A DNA stretch of 64,000 nucleotides from Ptychomitrium polyphyllum (GCA_973851085.1 OZ316776.1:6138001-6202000), one strand, 5' to 3'. Positions 13,401 to 26,200 are shown, numbered from the stretch's first letter. The notes: generated by a model from the letters alone, not told the origin. Numbers and translations are program-made.

Positions 13401-13911
13401 AGTACGATGACCCAGGTATAAACTTCAGAACAGTGACCCTATTCATGAAAACGCTTTAGAGCAAGGCTCTCGAACAGTGCACGTCTCACTTGGCGTCCCA
13501 AGTTGGACGTTGCAGTTACGAAATCCAGGAAAAGTTGTCAAACTATTCATGGGCTCATCGGACCCACTGTAGATATCACGTGCCTCACCTTATTTTCATT
13601 TGTTATTTCCTAAAATTGAAAATCGTAAAGAATCTGAAAGCTTGTCCTGGCAAAAGATGACATCTGCAGCGGTGGTTCAGATCAACAGTGATAAAATTGA
13701 TGAATTCCATTGTAGTCAGTACACCGCATTCAGACCCATTCTCTGACAAACCTGCATTAGTTTAGAAGATAAGCAATGGAAGGGTCCGTTCTCTGCGAAT
13801 TCTTGTGTTGCCACCTGGGTTTTCAAACAATCCGAAGAGACAACCATGATGATTGAGTGCACAGGATCCCACCTTCGCTTTCAAGTTTGAGTTTCAAAGC
13901 CTGGCTGCTTT

Positions 13912-14400
13912 TCAGAGACGGTGAAAGTGCCCATGAAAGATTACCAACACTGTTGGAAAGAGAGGTGTTGTGTTATGCCAGATGACGTGAGACTTGGGAA
14001 TGAACGTAGGACGGGAGGACCTTGCAGAGTCAAGACGGTCCAGTTCCTCCGTTTCTTGCAAATTGATCAATCACAACTTAGCATCCTTTGAATCGTAAGT
14101 GAGTTGAATTTATCAGTTTTCATCGATAGATCGCTGAGGATGATTCTGTGTGCAGCGAGCCGGTCTTGCTTCTCAGAGACGGTGAAAGTGACTAAGAAAG
14201 ATCACAAATGAAATATTAGTGTTTGTTAGGGAAGCACAGTTATGTCATGCAAGGTGACGAACAGTAAGTCTTGAGAATTAACGGAGCACCTTACAGAGTC
14301 CAGACGGTCCAGTTCCTCTAGTTCTTTGAAATTGTTCAGCCACAGCTTAGCAATCCTTTTAATCATAGATGAGTGGAACTAATCAATTCTCATCTATGGA
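13912..14400. repeat. Diverged local duplication (~220 bp; 13912-14130 vs 14173-14400), possibly an LRR-gene remnant on the minus strand
   Basis: Shared blocks TCAGAGACGGTGAAAGTG, CAGAGTC.AGACGGTCCAGTTCCTC and CTTAGCA. Minus-strand translations include IAKLWLNNFKELEELDRLDS and HNCASLT, with many stops. Confidence 0.6.
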
Positions 14401-15971
14401 TTACTAAGAATAAATCCGGGTGGCGTGAATTGGTCATGATGTGTGATAGATTCATTGCTGTAGTTGAACACATGAAGGTTTCTATCAAAGTTTGAAAAAG
14501 ACCTGTAAGTTGGTGGCTCTTGCCTCGACTTAGTAGACCGTAGCAATTTCCTTCTCGCATTATTTACTGTGTTGGCCATATAAGAGCTGAATTTTAAATT
14601 TTTCGTTGTGTGGACTTTTTTTTGGTTTTAATATTTGTACACTACTTGAAGCCGACACAAGTAAATTCTATTGCACAAAGAATGTTACAATTGCATATCT
14701 CTGAAAGTGTGATGAAAAGGGCGGTTATTGTCATTGCATGCCAAGGTCAGAGCCCTATCCGAGTGACTGTCCAGATTCCAGCCTTCCAGGGCCTTTCAAA
14801 CCATAAAGGAAGAATAGGTGGATACTGCCAATTCTGATTTTTAATGGTGCTTAGGCTCCTTGCACTCCATCACAAGAAAAAAAAGGATCATTCTGGCCCC
14901 ACTTATTTGTGAATTCTAGTATTTTCTACAAACAGCATGTAGTGAATGGAATGCTATAAGGAAGCTCAAAATTACAAGTTTCTACAAGTTTCCATGATGA
15001 CAAGTTTTCATATGAGAACTATATGGGAAAAGTTAATGGCCTCTCAGTATATCCACCCTATCACTACACTAAACCTATATGAGAACAAATGGAATTTGCA
15101 ATTTATGTGGATTAACAAGTTTCCATATGGTTTTGTTTACAGTCATGTCCATCAAAAAGTTCAGGTTCATTAACTTAAAAAAAAATTCATTTTTTTTGTT
15201 TTGTTTTTATTTTAATCTGATTTATATTGTTTTATTTTTAAAATTATCTAGATAGAAATTTGCATAGTTTTTTATTTAATGGATTTTATGTCCACTTGAT
15301 AATTAAATGTCAAATTTGATCTTTTCACAAAGTTTTACAAATTTACCATCATATAAATATAAATATAAAGCAAAATTTAAAACAATGTTACACAATCTAA
15401 TGATGCATGTTGGATTCTATGTATTCAATGTAGACTTTTTAATCCATTATTTAAAAACTACAAATGGTTTTTAAGGAATTAAATTTGTTTTTCTTCTAGC
15501 TGCAATCATTCCAAATATTTCCATATTTTATTGTACATTATTTAAGATCCATTTCCATCACCATTACAGAAATTTGCAAATACATGCTTAGAAATTATAT
15601 GAAATGTAAAAAAAGATTAGAAACTATCAATTCAATCAATACTTGAAAATTCGAATGGAATTGAATATATAGAATCTTAACTAGAATTGTAAAGAAGCCA
15701 TTATTGCATTTGACTGGCAATGTAATTGTGTTATTTTTTATGTTTGATAAGACCAATTTTTATTTTAAATTCCATATTCAATAATATCACATAATAAATG
15801 TTTTTTTGTAAAATCTTAAAAGAATTCTTTTGTTATATAAAACATTCTTACTGCAACAATTTCTTAAATTACATAGGTAATCTTCTTTTAGTATTTAAAA
15901 TACTCTATAATATTATAATATTTTTTATTTTTTTGGTTAAAATATATTGTTTATGGTTCTTTAAATAAATA

Positions 15972-15974
<3 letters not shown>

Positions 15975-16010
<36 letters not shown>
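15975..16010. repeat. (AT)n microsatellite
   Basis: Run of about 17 AT units. Confidence 0.95.
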
Positions 16011-16013
<3 letters not shown>

Positions 16014-16369
16014 AAATTTAAAATTTTTTTTAAAAAAAATTTTTTAATTTTTTTTTGACAACATTATTTCAATTAAAATAAAGAATAACTATATTTTTTT
16101 AAATCAAATTAACTAGAATTGGATCAAATAAGATTATTAAAGCTTTCATGCAATATCAAAGTAATCATTAAGTTTGGATTTATATTTAATGTAGGACAAC
16201 AAACTTAGGCTATAAATGGTAGATTTTCTTTAACTTCAATTTTTGCAAACAAATAATATATTTGTCCATCTATTATAATGTCAAAGTATAAGAATAGTAA
16301 TTTTTTAAAACTAATATTATAAGCAATTTTTGTTAGAATTCTTTAAGTTGAAGGTGATTGTAATTAAAC

Positions 16370-19300
16370 CAATTCAGATTTCTTACCTTAAGCTTAATTT
16401 ATCACATTAAAAACTATTTAATACTAAGAATTGCCTACCTTTGGAATATATAGGTTTAAAAAGACTATAGATAAAAAAATATAGAAAATTAGAAGAAAAA
16501 AAAGAACAAAACATGTTTAAAAAACTTTATGTATTATGGAATTGATAAAAAAATAGATATATTATATATGGTATTAAAGCAATTTTTTCTTTTGGAAATG
16601 ATGAAATGCCGCCTAGGTAATGTTTTCCATTTAATGATAGTGTTGAATTTCAAGATGAGTTTGGCGAATAATTGTGTAACCAATCTATATTGCAATGACC
16701 TTTACATTGAAAGCATTATGAAGAATTACGCAATGCTTTGATAAACTTCCAATTAAATGATATATAATTATTAAACTTATCTTGTATTTTCATAGCTTCT
16801 TCAATAGAAGTTGATTCTTTCAAAAATAAATTAGAAAAAATAAGAAAAAGATTTTCAATTCTTGAAAAGAGGAAGCCAAGGATATAAATATTAAAAAGAT
16901 TAAAACAAATAAGACTTCTGCATTTTATGATAAGAGATAAAAAATTGTTGAATTATGGTTATTTTTCATAGATCAATATGTTGTTATTGCTCAACAAAGA
17001 TATGAATGCTTTAAATTGATTGATTCAATTAATTTACAACTTGAAGTAAGTCATTTAAAAATAGGTGACAATTTTTTTTTAAACCAAAGATAGACTAGGT
17101 GAAAATAAGTTTAAGAAACAAAAAAATTCAAAAATTTGATAACAATAAGGTATAATAACTTTTTTTTAAATGGAACCAAATGTTTTTAATTGTAATGAGC
17201 ATGGACATTTGTCTTATAATTACCCAATCCTCCATTTAAATTTAAATAAAAGGTCAATGTTGCAATGAAGAATAAAGATGCAACCGACTCTAGCAATGAA
17301 CTATACAATTTATATTACAAGTGTACCGTAAACAAGCAAAGATTATACATAACCAAACTTTATAAAACTTAAACTTGCCACCGGCGACAATTCATAGTAT
17401 TTTATCTATTTTAAGAATTAAAATTGAATTGGTTCAAATTTTTGGATATACATGTGAAAAAAATTGTTACCTTTTTATTAAACATCATATTCATTCACAA
17501 TTTTATGTTGGAACAAGTTGTCACAAAGTTTATAATTTGAACTTCTACAACTGAAGGCATAAGTGTAAATTTCGCTACAAGTTGATTAGAATATTGTATA
17601 TGTTATATTCAAAAATTTCCAATTAAAGTTGATGACTTTCTTAATTATGTAAATTTTCCTATAGTTCCTTTATAAATCCATGATATTAATTTAGGTATGA
17701 ATTGGCTATTTAGAAATAAAAAAATCCATATAATATATTGTTGGGGTAAGAAAATCTTGGTTTAAAAAGGCACCAGGCTTCTAATTGCCACTAATCATTC
17801 AACAATATAAGAAGATGGTGTAATTCAAATATTTGCATTAATGCAAAATTAATGTATTACACTCTTAACACAAAACCACATCTTTCCGAACTCTATCCAA
17901 ACCAGTCACTTCCTTTTTTAACAATTTTTCTATATTAATTTTCTTTAATTCTTCTCCTTAACACAAAGTTTATATAAAATTCTCTATCAAAACTCTAGAA
18001 AAAAAAACTAGAAAGAAAAACTCTTCCGAAAATCCCACCATCTCCCTTCTTATACTTGGCCTTGCCTTTCTTTCTTTCTTAAAGAATTCTGACAACACTG
18101 CTGCACTTGGCGTTTCCACTGTAATTTTTGCCGCAGTTCTTTGTTTCCATCGTAGTTTTTTTATTCCCGCTGCAGTTTTTATTTATAGTGTACCTGCAAA
18201 TAACTGGTTCCTGCAGTTACCCTATTCAAACTGCATCCATAGTTTACTAGTTCCCGCAAACAGCCTTGTTCACATCGCATTAGCAGCCCTGTTCACATTG
18301 CAGCTCCATTTTGTGCGCTAGCACCCTTAATAAACTCGTTCCCAGAGTCCTCTCTCCAGCAAATGCATACACATTTTCAAATTAATTTTTAAATACTATG
18401 AATTTTAAAAACACCAAGATATTTTATGGAATAATAATAAAAATTTATCTCATATAAAGAATAGTTGGTAAATAAACCGATGAGTTATTATTGATAGTGA
18501 TGCAGGGCAAAAAAATATTTTATATAGGGCTAATTTAGAGCCCTATTTTTTTGATTTAAAATTGTACTTGATGTTGTAAAGTTTGAATGTAGAGAAGTTT
18601 CTTCACTTAAACCTCAATCTTTACCAAAAGAATATTTAGTAGTGTTTCCTACTTAATTATCTGAAAAACCTCTTTTTTGTAGAAGAATTGAATGTAATGT
18701 TTGATTGCTTTCTAGCTTTCAATCAATGTCCAAGGCTTCTTACCACTTAATTTTTGAAGAAATTTGTGAATTAAAAAGTCAATAGTAAGAAACTACATCT
18801 AAAATACTAATTTGGCCTTTAAAATCACCATTTGGAGTTTTTATTTATTTATAATAAAAAAAAATGGTATCAACCAATTGTATATAGACTATAGAGCTTT
18901 AAATAAAATTACTACAAGAAAAAAAAATCCTTTGCCTTGCATTGATGGTATTTAAGATCAAATATATGGTGCAAAAGTTTTTAGGAAGATTGATTTATAA
19001 TCAATTTATCATTAAATTTGAATGAAATTTGACGATGTATATAAGATTGCATATCGCATTAGATATGGATCTTATGAACTTTTTGTTATGCCTTTTGGTT
19101 TAATCATGCACTTATTACATTCATGACTTTAATAAATCATATCTTATGACCATATTTGGATTGTTTTGTATTGTATATTTGGATAATATTCAACATAATA
19201 TAATTGAGGTATAGTTGATTATTTGAAAAATTTAAGAATAGTCCTTTAAGTTCTTGCGGAAAAGAAATTATATACAAAAATAAATAAATGTGACTTCTTA

Positions 19301-20913
19301 TAATCAAATATTGCTTTTTTAGGTCATCTATTACGTTTTTAGGCATAAAAGTGAATCTAAAAAAGATTCAAAAAATCCAATATAAATGGCTCCAAAGAAC
19401 ATTCATTTATTGAGAGGTTTTTTAAGTCTAATTAGTTGATATTAAGAATATGTATACCATTTTAGTTATAAATTTTTATCATTAATTCATCTCTTTAAAA
19501 AAAAAATTAAATTTATGTAGACATTGAATTGCCAAATTATATTTTTGTGGTTAAATGATGCTTTAATCTATGTTCCAATCTTTCAAATTGTAGATTTGGA
19601 CTTACCTTTTGAAGTTCCAATTGATGCTTTAACATATGCAATTGGTACAATTTTATTACTAGAAGATAAATACGTTGCATATAAATCTAAAAAACTAAAT
19701 AAGGCTAAAAAAATTATGTGATTTATAAATTAAAGTAATATGCTATTGTTCATGTTTTAAAGACCTAGCAACATTATTTGAATGAAAGACAACTTAATTT
19801 TTTCATTAACAATTATAGTCTTAATTTTTTTGACTTACAACCAAATTTATCTACTTAATAAAAAAATAGCAAGAATTCTTTGCTCAATTCCATTCTAATT
19901 GCAATACCAGAAAAGATGAAAAAATGTGGTGCTTAATGCTTTGAGCCGTCACACTTATCTCAATAATTTTATTTTTTATCCAACTATTATTTTGCAAAAT
20001 ATTAAAGCATTTTTTCCAAAAAATCTTTATTTTGGAGTTAAGTATACAACATTAATGAAATCCAATTCAACACTATTTTATAATTCCAACTATAATGTGA
20101 ACAACGAAATATTGTTTTATAAAGACTATGGTTGTATTCCTAAAGATTGTAACTTTAGCATGTTACTTCTTTGTAAACATCATTCAATTCCATCAAAATT
20201 AATATTTAAGCGCTACCAAATATTATGCATTTTTGAAATGTAGTTGTTTTTGGCCAAATATGTTGAATATTGTAAAGACTTTTATTAAATCTTGTTTAAC
20301 TTGTCAACAAAATTTTGTCTCTAAGTTTGTGGATCTTTTTATAGTTTATAAACGTATTGGCTAAGTAGCTTAAGTAGCTTATGCTCTTCAATTGCCTCTT
20401 GAAATAAAAATTTCCATCGTATTTCATGTGGATCTCTTAAAGATATATATTAAATTGGAGAACCTTTTGATAATTATTGAATGTTTGGAAGGTGATAATA
20501 TCTTTGAGGTTGAGTCAATTTTAAATTGTTTGTTATGGCCAAGGAAGTTATCCTATTGCTGAAGGCATTTGGAAACTTTTAAAAATCCAACAGATAGTGA
20601 ATTGATATTAGAAGACTTTTATGCTCACTTTAATATGATTGAACAAGATTGTTAAACTTATTTTATGAAGAGGAGAATGTCATAAAACATAACTTTAAGC
20701 TATATTTATCACATTAAATACCAAGTGTAATAACCCTTTGTACCAAATGTAGTAACACTTAGTACCAAGTGTTGCCTACCTTTGGAATATACAGATTTGA
20801 GAGACTATAGGTAAGAAGGTATAGAAAGTTAGAGAAAAAAAAGAACAAAATATATTTTAAAAAATTTACAAAATGCATGCTATAGAATGATAAAGAAATA
20901 AAAATGTATTACA
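16370..20913 (+). mobile_element. Ancient, heavily decayed Ty3/Gypsy LTR retrotransposon with both LTRs
   Basis: LTR pair shares TTTATCACATTAAA..TTGCCTACCTTTGGAATATA..GACTATAG..AAAGAACAAAA (~16400-16565 vs ~20700-20913). Degenerate tRNA-Met PBS TGGTATTAAAGC at 16569. Gag knuckle KCFNCNEHGHL at ~17180. RT remnants IDYRALNKIT and MPFGL (~18880-19100). RNase H IDALTYAIG (~19620). PPT GAAGAGGAGAA then TGTCA at 20678. Most of the integrase core is missing. Left boundary approximate. Confidence 0.85.
17853..18373. mobile_element. Probable nested solo-LTR-like insertion
   Basis: Compositionally distinct block (C/T-rich, with repeated CTGCAG/ACTGT-like units) interrupting the older element between protease and RT regions, bounded by TG...CA. 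No clear target-site duplication. Confidence 0.45.
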
Positions 20914-22366
20914 ATAATATGACTATTTAATATTGAATATTAATATTAATATTACATCTATGGATAATTACGTGCATAATAGTCTTTTGAACTTGAATGT
21001 ATTTACATGAGGTGATGAAGCAATAGACAAATGACATTTAAGCAAATATAAAAGATTTAAATATAATAGAAAATAACTAAAATCTTTCAATATTATTTCT
21101 TCTTAAATACCACCAAGCCATTTGATTGAAAAGTAGATTCAAGTGTTTTTTTAATTAAAAGAAATAGTTGATAGACTTCAAAAAATGAGACAAGGTTCTT
21201 TGAGATTTAAGGAAATAAATATTTATTTTTAAAATACAATTTATATTGCTAAATAATTATTTAAAGGTTGGAATCAATGTTCAACTTGTGAAGTTTAAAG
21301 ACTACTTTCAAAACATTGTAAATGCAATGCAACATGACAACTTAATGTTTTGTTTAAACAACCACTTGTGTTTGAATTCTTAATATGAAAATATCTAATT
21401 AATATTTTTTGTCAAAACATCATTAAATAAAATATGATACATATGAAAAATAATACAATTTTATTGATGCAATTGAATTAATAATAAAAACTTATGTTTA
21501 TAACAACAATGACCAAATAAAATCAAAATTGCCAATCTTCCAAAGCTTAGTATATATGACTTGTTTTTAGAAATTTTTATTAAATACGTGATAATTATTT
21601 TGGAAATGACTAAAAATAATCATTGTTTAAATGTATATATCATTTTTCATTTATTTGAGACATTCTTTATAGATTTTGTAATAATCATTGAATAAAAGTT
21701 CAAAATGAAAATTTATACTTGAAGAATAAAGAACTGCAAATGATTCTATTGTAATAATATTTTTCATCTTACAAAAAAAAATTTAGAAAGAAGTTTAATG
21801 ATGTAAATTATATACGTAGGATAGATATATGAAGTAGATTTATAACTATTGTGGCTATTTTCAATAATAAATCCATTATAATTTGAAATTTGAGATTTTT
21901 TTAATAAAAATTAGTGTTAAATTTCTTTTGAATCATGAATATTTATTGGATCTTAGTTTTTTAAGTACATGCGTTAAATGTAAAGGTAGCGTTTGTAAAA
22001 TAATAAAAGTAATGATAGAAAATAATGAAAGCAATGGTGATAAGAAAATACAATTGTAATATTTTATTACAAAGAAGTGGCATTAAATTTGAAGGAAATA
22101 CAAGTGTACCATATTAAATATCTATTAAAGATGAAAGAGCCTTTTAATTACTAATTATAATGCCACACATTTTTAGAACTTGATTGTATTTATTATTAAA
22201 AAATAAAATTAGCTACAATATATATGAAAAATCAAAATTAATAAAGCCTACTGTAAGTATTGTGGTCCGCAATACATAGTATTTACATATAATATTCTAA
22301 GGGTATTTGTAAAGAAACTATCAAATATTAAAAATGAGTTTACAAAATTGACCAAATGACATTCAA

Positions 22367-22861
22367 TGTAACGGATATATATATTAGAAGCTTCTAGAAA
22401 GGTTCTCAAAAGGTTTAAGAAGGCCATGGAAGTTTATCAAGAAGGTTTCTTACTTTAAAGAAGCTTCCAAGGAAGCCACCCATATTTGCCCTTAAGTACA
22501 AAATATTATATTGGAAGCTTCTCAAGAAGCTTTTGAGGCTTGTAATTCTAGTATATATGGAAATCAAGGTTGAAGAGATCTTCTATCTCAACAATGCATA
22601 ATGTCATGTCTAGCTTAACCCTCCTAATCTTCTCTCTATAGCTTAACCCTCCTAATCTTCTCTCTATAGCTTAACCCTCCTAATCTTCTCTCTCTAGCTT
22701 AACCCTCCTAATCTTCTCTCTATAGCTTAACCCTCCTAATCTTCTCTCTAGCTTAACCCTCCTAATCTTCTCTCTATACCTTGTAGAGCTCTTTGCCTCT
22801 AATATATTTTACAAATATTTTATTCCATATTCCAAAATTTTGAAGCCCTGTGTTTGTAACA
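22367..22861 (+). mobile_element. Solo LTR-like sequence resembling the chromovirus LTR
   Basis: Begins TGTAACGGA (compare TGTCACGGA at 3890). Contains the same kind of GAAGCTTC/GAAGGTT(T)C motifs and a TATA-like TATATA at ~22552. Right end uncertain (22813 or 22861). Confidence 0.6.
22611..22776. repeat. Six tandem copies of a 28-bp unit TAGCTTAACCCTCCTAATCTTCTCTCTA
   Basis: Units start at 22611, 22639, 22667, 22695, 22723 (26 bp) and 22749. Near-identical and without spacers. Confidence 0.97.
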
Positions 22862-23232
22862 CCAACCATGCCCCACCCATGCCCCACCCATGGGTGATAG
22901 CACAAGAGTAGAAACAGAGAGCAGGGGAATGGGGGAAGGAAATGTGAGGAGGGAAGGGCCAAACAGAGCCCCAGCGCTGCAACGCACACAAAGGGGGTCA
23001 CCAGCAGCGCCAGGCGCCACCACTGGCAGTGGGGGTGGGGGTGGGGGATTCTTGCTTTGCTTTGCTTTGCGTTGCGTTGCGTTGCTCGCTCTGTCAAAGC
23101 TTCAGGCTCCTTCACATCGGACCCCCCTTGTCTGCCCCATTTTGGCAGCTTGGCCCCCCTCTCACACTTCGCCATGGGCACTCTGCTTCATCCCTTCCTC
23201 GCTCGTATGCCACCACCTCCATCATCTCCCAC

Positions 23233-26200
23233 ATGCTGCCCCATGCTCAACTTGGTTTCGTTTTTCTTTTTCTATAACAGTTTAACTCTTCTTTCTTTCT
23301 TTCTTTCTTTCTTTCTTTCCTTTTTGAATTTAACCGAGAAACAGAAAAGAAAAAGAATTTGGTTTTTGATTCCTTGTAAAACCTCGAGTTTTGGATTTGA
23401 GAGGATTTGCATTCAGTTTGGAGTTGATGTCTGTGAGGTCGGTTGGGGTGGATGTGTGCTGGAGAGGGAGAGAGAGAGAGAGAGTGAGGGTGGTTGGGTT
23501 TTTGAGCAAAAGTTGGAACTTTGATTGAGTTTTGGTGATGGGTGGGTGTGGGTGTGGGTATGATTGTTGGTTTACATTGTACACTTGGGTTGTGGTGTGA
23601 GGCTGTCTGGAGGGGTGGTTGTTTGGTGTTTCTGATCTTGAGGATGTGCAGGCTGTGCGAGGGGGAGGGTGCTGCAGGAATTGGGATTGGGGTGCAGAAG
23701 CTCAGTACAGTATGGGAGTTGTGGTTCGAGTTGCTCGGTGTTGATTCAGAGGTTGGTTCTCTTCTGTTCAGCTGTTGGGTCGTGGGACTGGGGATTGCTG
23801 TCGATGGCATTTTGTTGATGACGAATGAAAGAATTGATGTTTCCGTCAGTTTGATGGTTTTAGGAGTTTTAGGTCATCTTTGTTAGGTAAACCTCCGAGC
23901 TCGATGATCATTGCGTCAAGTGATGGTCGATGGCTCCCTTCGGCGATTATGGTGAAATTAGGGTTGAGCTTGTGGCCTTGGGGCATGACATTTTTGGTGG
24001 AGTAGCTTGTCATTTGTATGACCTAATCAACTATCATTGACCTATCTGTATGCTAGTGGCTTGTTCCCAACTTTTTTGATGACCACTATTAAGACAGCAC
24101 ATTTCTAATTAAGATATAACTCCTACCAACTTCCAGTTCAATTATACATATCATACATATTCTTGAAAATTTATAAGGGAAACCCTTTCCTTCATTGATA
24201 ATTACTGCGAAACGTGATTCTTAAATCACTCGTGGATGTAAGTATGGCCGTACCCTCATTTTTCTCATATTTATGTAATTTAGATACTTCTTGAAAAGTA
24301 TGCGCCCTTATGATCTTTCTCTGGGAGTCCTTCCATTTTGCTGAAATGTTACTTCGATACAATCTTTGATACAATGTGCGCTGAAGGTCTAGAAAGAGAT
24401 TTTCTTCTCTCGAAAGGTGAATGTTCATACTGCCTTGCTAGTGGCACATCTAATCATCAGAAAGTGGAAATTGGAATCACCTTGAGAGAAATGACAGAAT
24501 ATACATTGAGGAGATGTGTTTGGTCGTAATCCGGCTTAGTAGGAGAGTTATATACCACGTAGGAGGGAACGAAGTACTTGATGATAGCGCTAGGGTTTAA
24601 CATATTTCACGTTTTTCGAGTACTTTCGTTTTTCTTCAGCTCATGGATACTGTTTCTGAATACTCGTTGATTCGATTGCATTCAGCTCGAGGCATATGCA
24701 CATGGAAAACAGAGGCATGCTAGGCACCACTGTTCTATGTGTACGAAAGGATGACAAGGTGATTATAATTGGAGATGGACAAGTCACGTTGGGCAATGAA
24801 ATTATCAAGCCAAATGTCCGAAAGGTCCGGAGACTTGGAGCAAACGTTATTGGAGGATTTGCAGGTCAGTGACTTTTGTGGACTTTCGTGGTCTTGCTTG
24901 ATATGATTGGAACTTCTCTAGTTTGGTAGTGCAGCTATTGTTTTGCAGATTTTGGATGAGTTAGACTTGGAGTCTGTATACTAGCTATTGTGAAAATTTA
25001 ATATCATATAATTCTCTGTTCCAGCTGTTACAACAATGCATTATTTGCTTTTGCAACGAAGGCAGGAACTAGTATTTGAGGATCTCTTTTGCGTGGTCTG
25101 CTGTTACAGACAGGTTGTAGAATGTTTGCTAATGATGAACGGGGCATGGTTTGTAGGTGGTACTGCTGATTCGTTTACTCTGTTTGAGAGACTGGAGTCG
25201 AAACTTGAAGAGCACTCTGGTATTTAGCTTGAATTGTTTTTTGTCTTATTTATTCTCTTCCCGTTAAAGACGTTTTCACTCATGTAGTTTCGCTTCACTT
25301 AAGAAACATGTCCTTTCCTAAAGTTAGGAACTCATGAAGTCAGGGGTACGTTTGAGCTGTTACCATCTTTATATCTGATAAAGATGAGGATCAACCACCC
25401 CATAGCGAGTTATACTATGAAAGCTTGCATTGAGCGATAACAGTTTAAGCAAATTTAGACGAACACAATAACCAACTTAAAGTGGTCATGTAAAGTAGGG
25501 AAGCTTGCATTTGAATTTCCGTAAACAAGGTTCACATCCTTATTTTGTTTTATCTACATCTCTATCGTTTATTTTATGGCTGAAAATCACGTACATGTTG
25601 GTTGCAGGCCAGGTATAGGGAGTGCGAATTACATGCTCGTTGCTGTTATCATGTTGCATATGCTCTCTTCAATACTGTTCCTAAACTCGTTAGGTCTGCA
25701 TTTGTAGCTCTTGATATTCAAGTGGAGTAGCCAGGGGATGGTGAACTGGTACGTTGCTTTCTTGACCTGGGGGATCTGATGGCAGCTAACGAGAGCTGCA
25801 GTGGAGCTCGCCAAAGCTTGGCGTACTGATAAGTTTCTCAGGCGTCTTGATGTATGTCCCTTTGCCCCTTTGCTAGCATATGTTGACTTGTCTTTGTATG
25901 ACACAGAGTAGATTGCACCTTACATACTGCTGTGGTTTGTTGGAAGTGTTAGGCTGCTAAATATAACTCGAGTGGGTTTGGGTGCAGGCTGTTATGGTCG
26001 TTGCAGATGCTGAAATATCTTTGACAATTACAGGCAATGGAGACGTTCTAGAGCCTTACGATGGTGTTATAGGTATGAAGATACTCTTGTTGTATCCTTG
26101 TATTTAGCTCCCCACGTTATTTTCCAATCTTATAGTTTCATTGGTATGTCAAAGCAGTCATGCAATATCATAGTATCCAAACGATTGCAATGCATATTTT

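Noticed and set aside
22611..22776. 28-bp repeat array as a CRISPR array
   Set aside because: Units are directly adjacent with no spacers, the context is eukaryotic and there are no cas genes.
22774..23886. Multiple long ORFs on both strands at the HslV 5' end
   Set aside because: Derived from microsatellites and G/T-rich intron sequence. Only the short segments in phase with HslV are considered coding.
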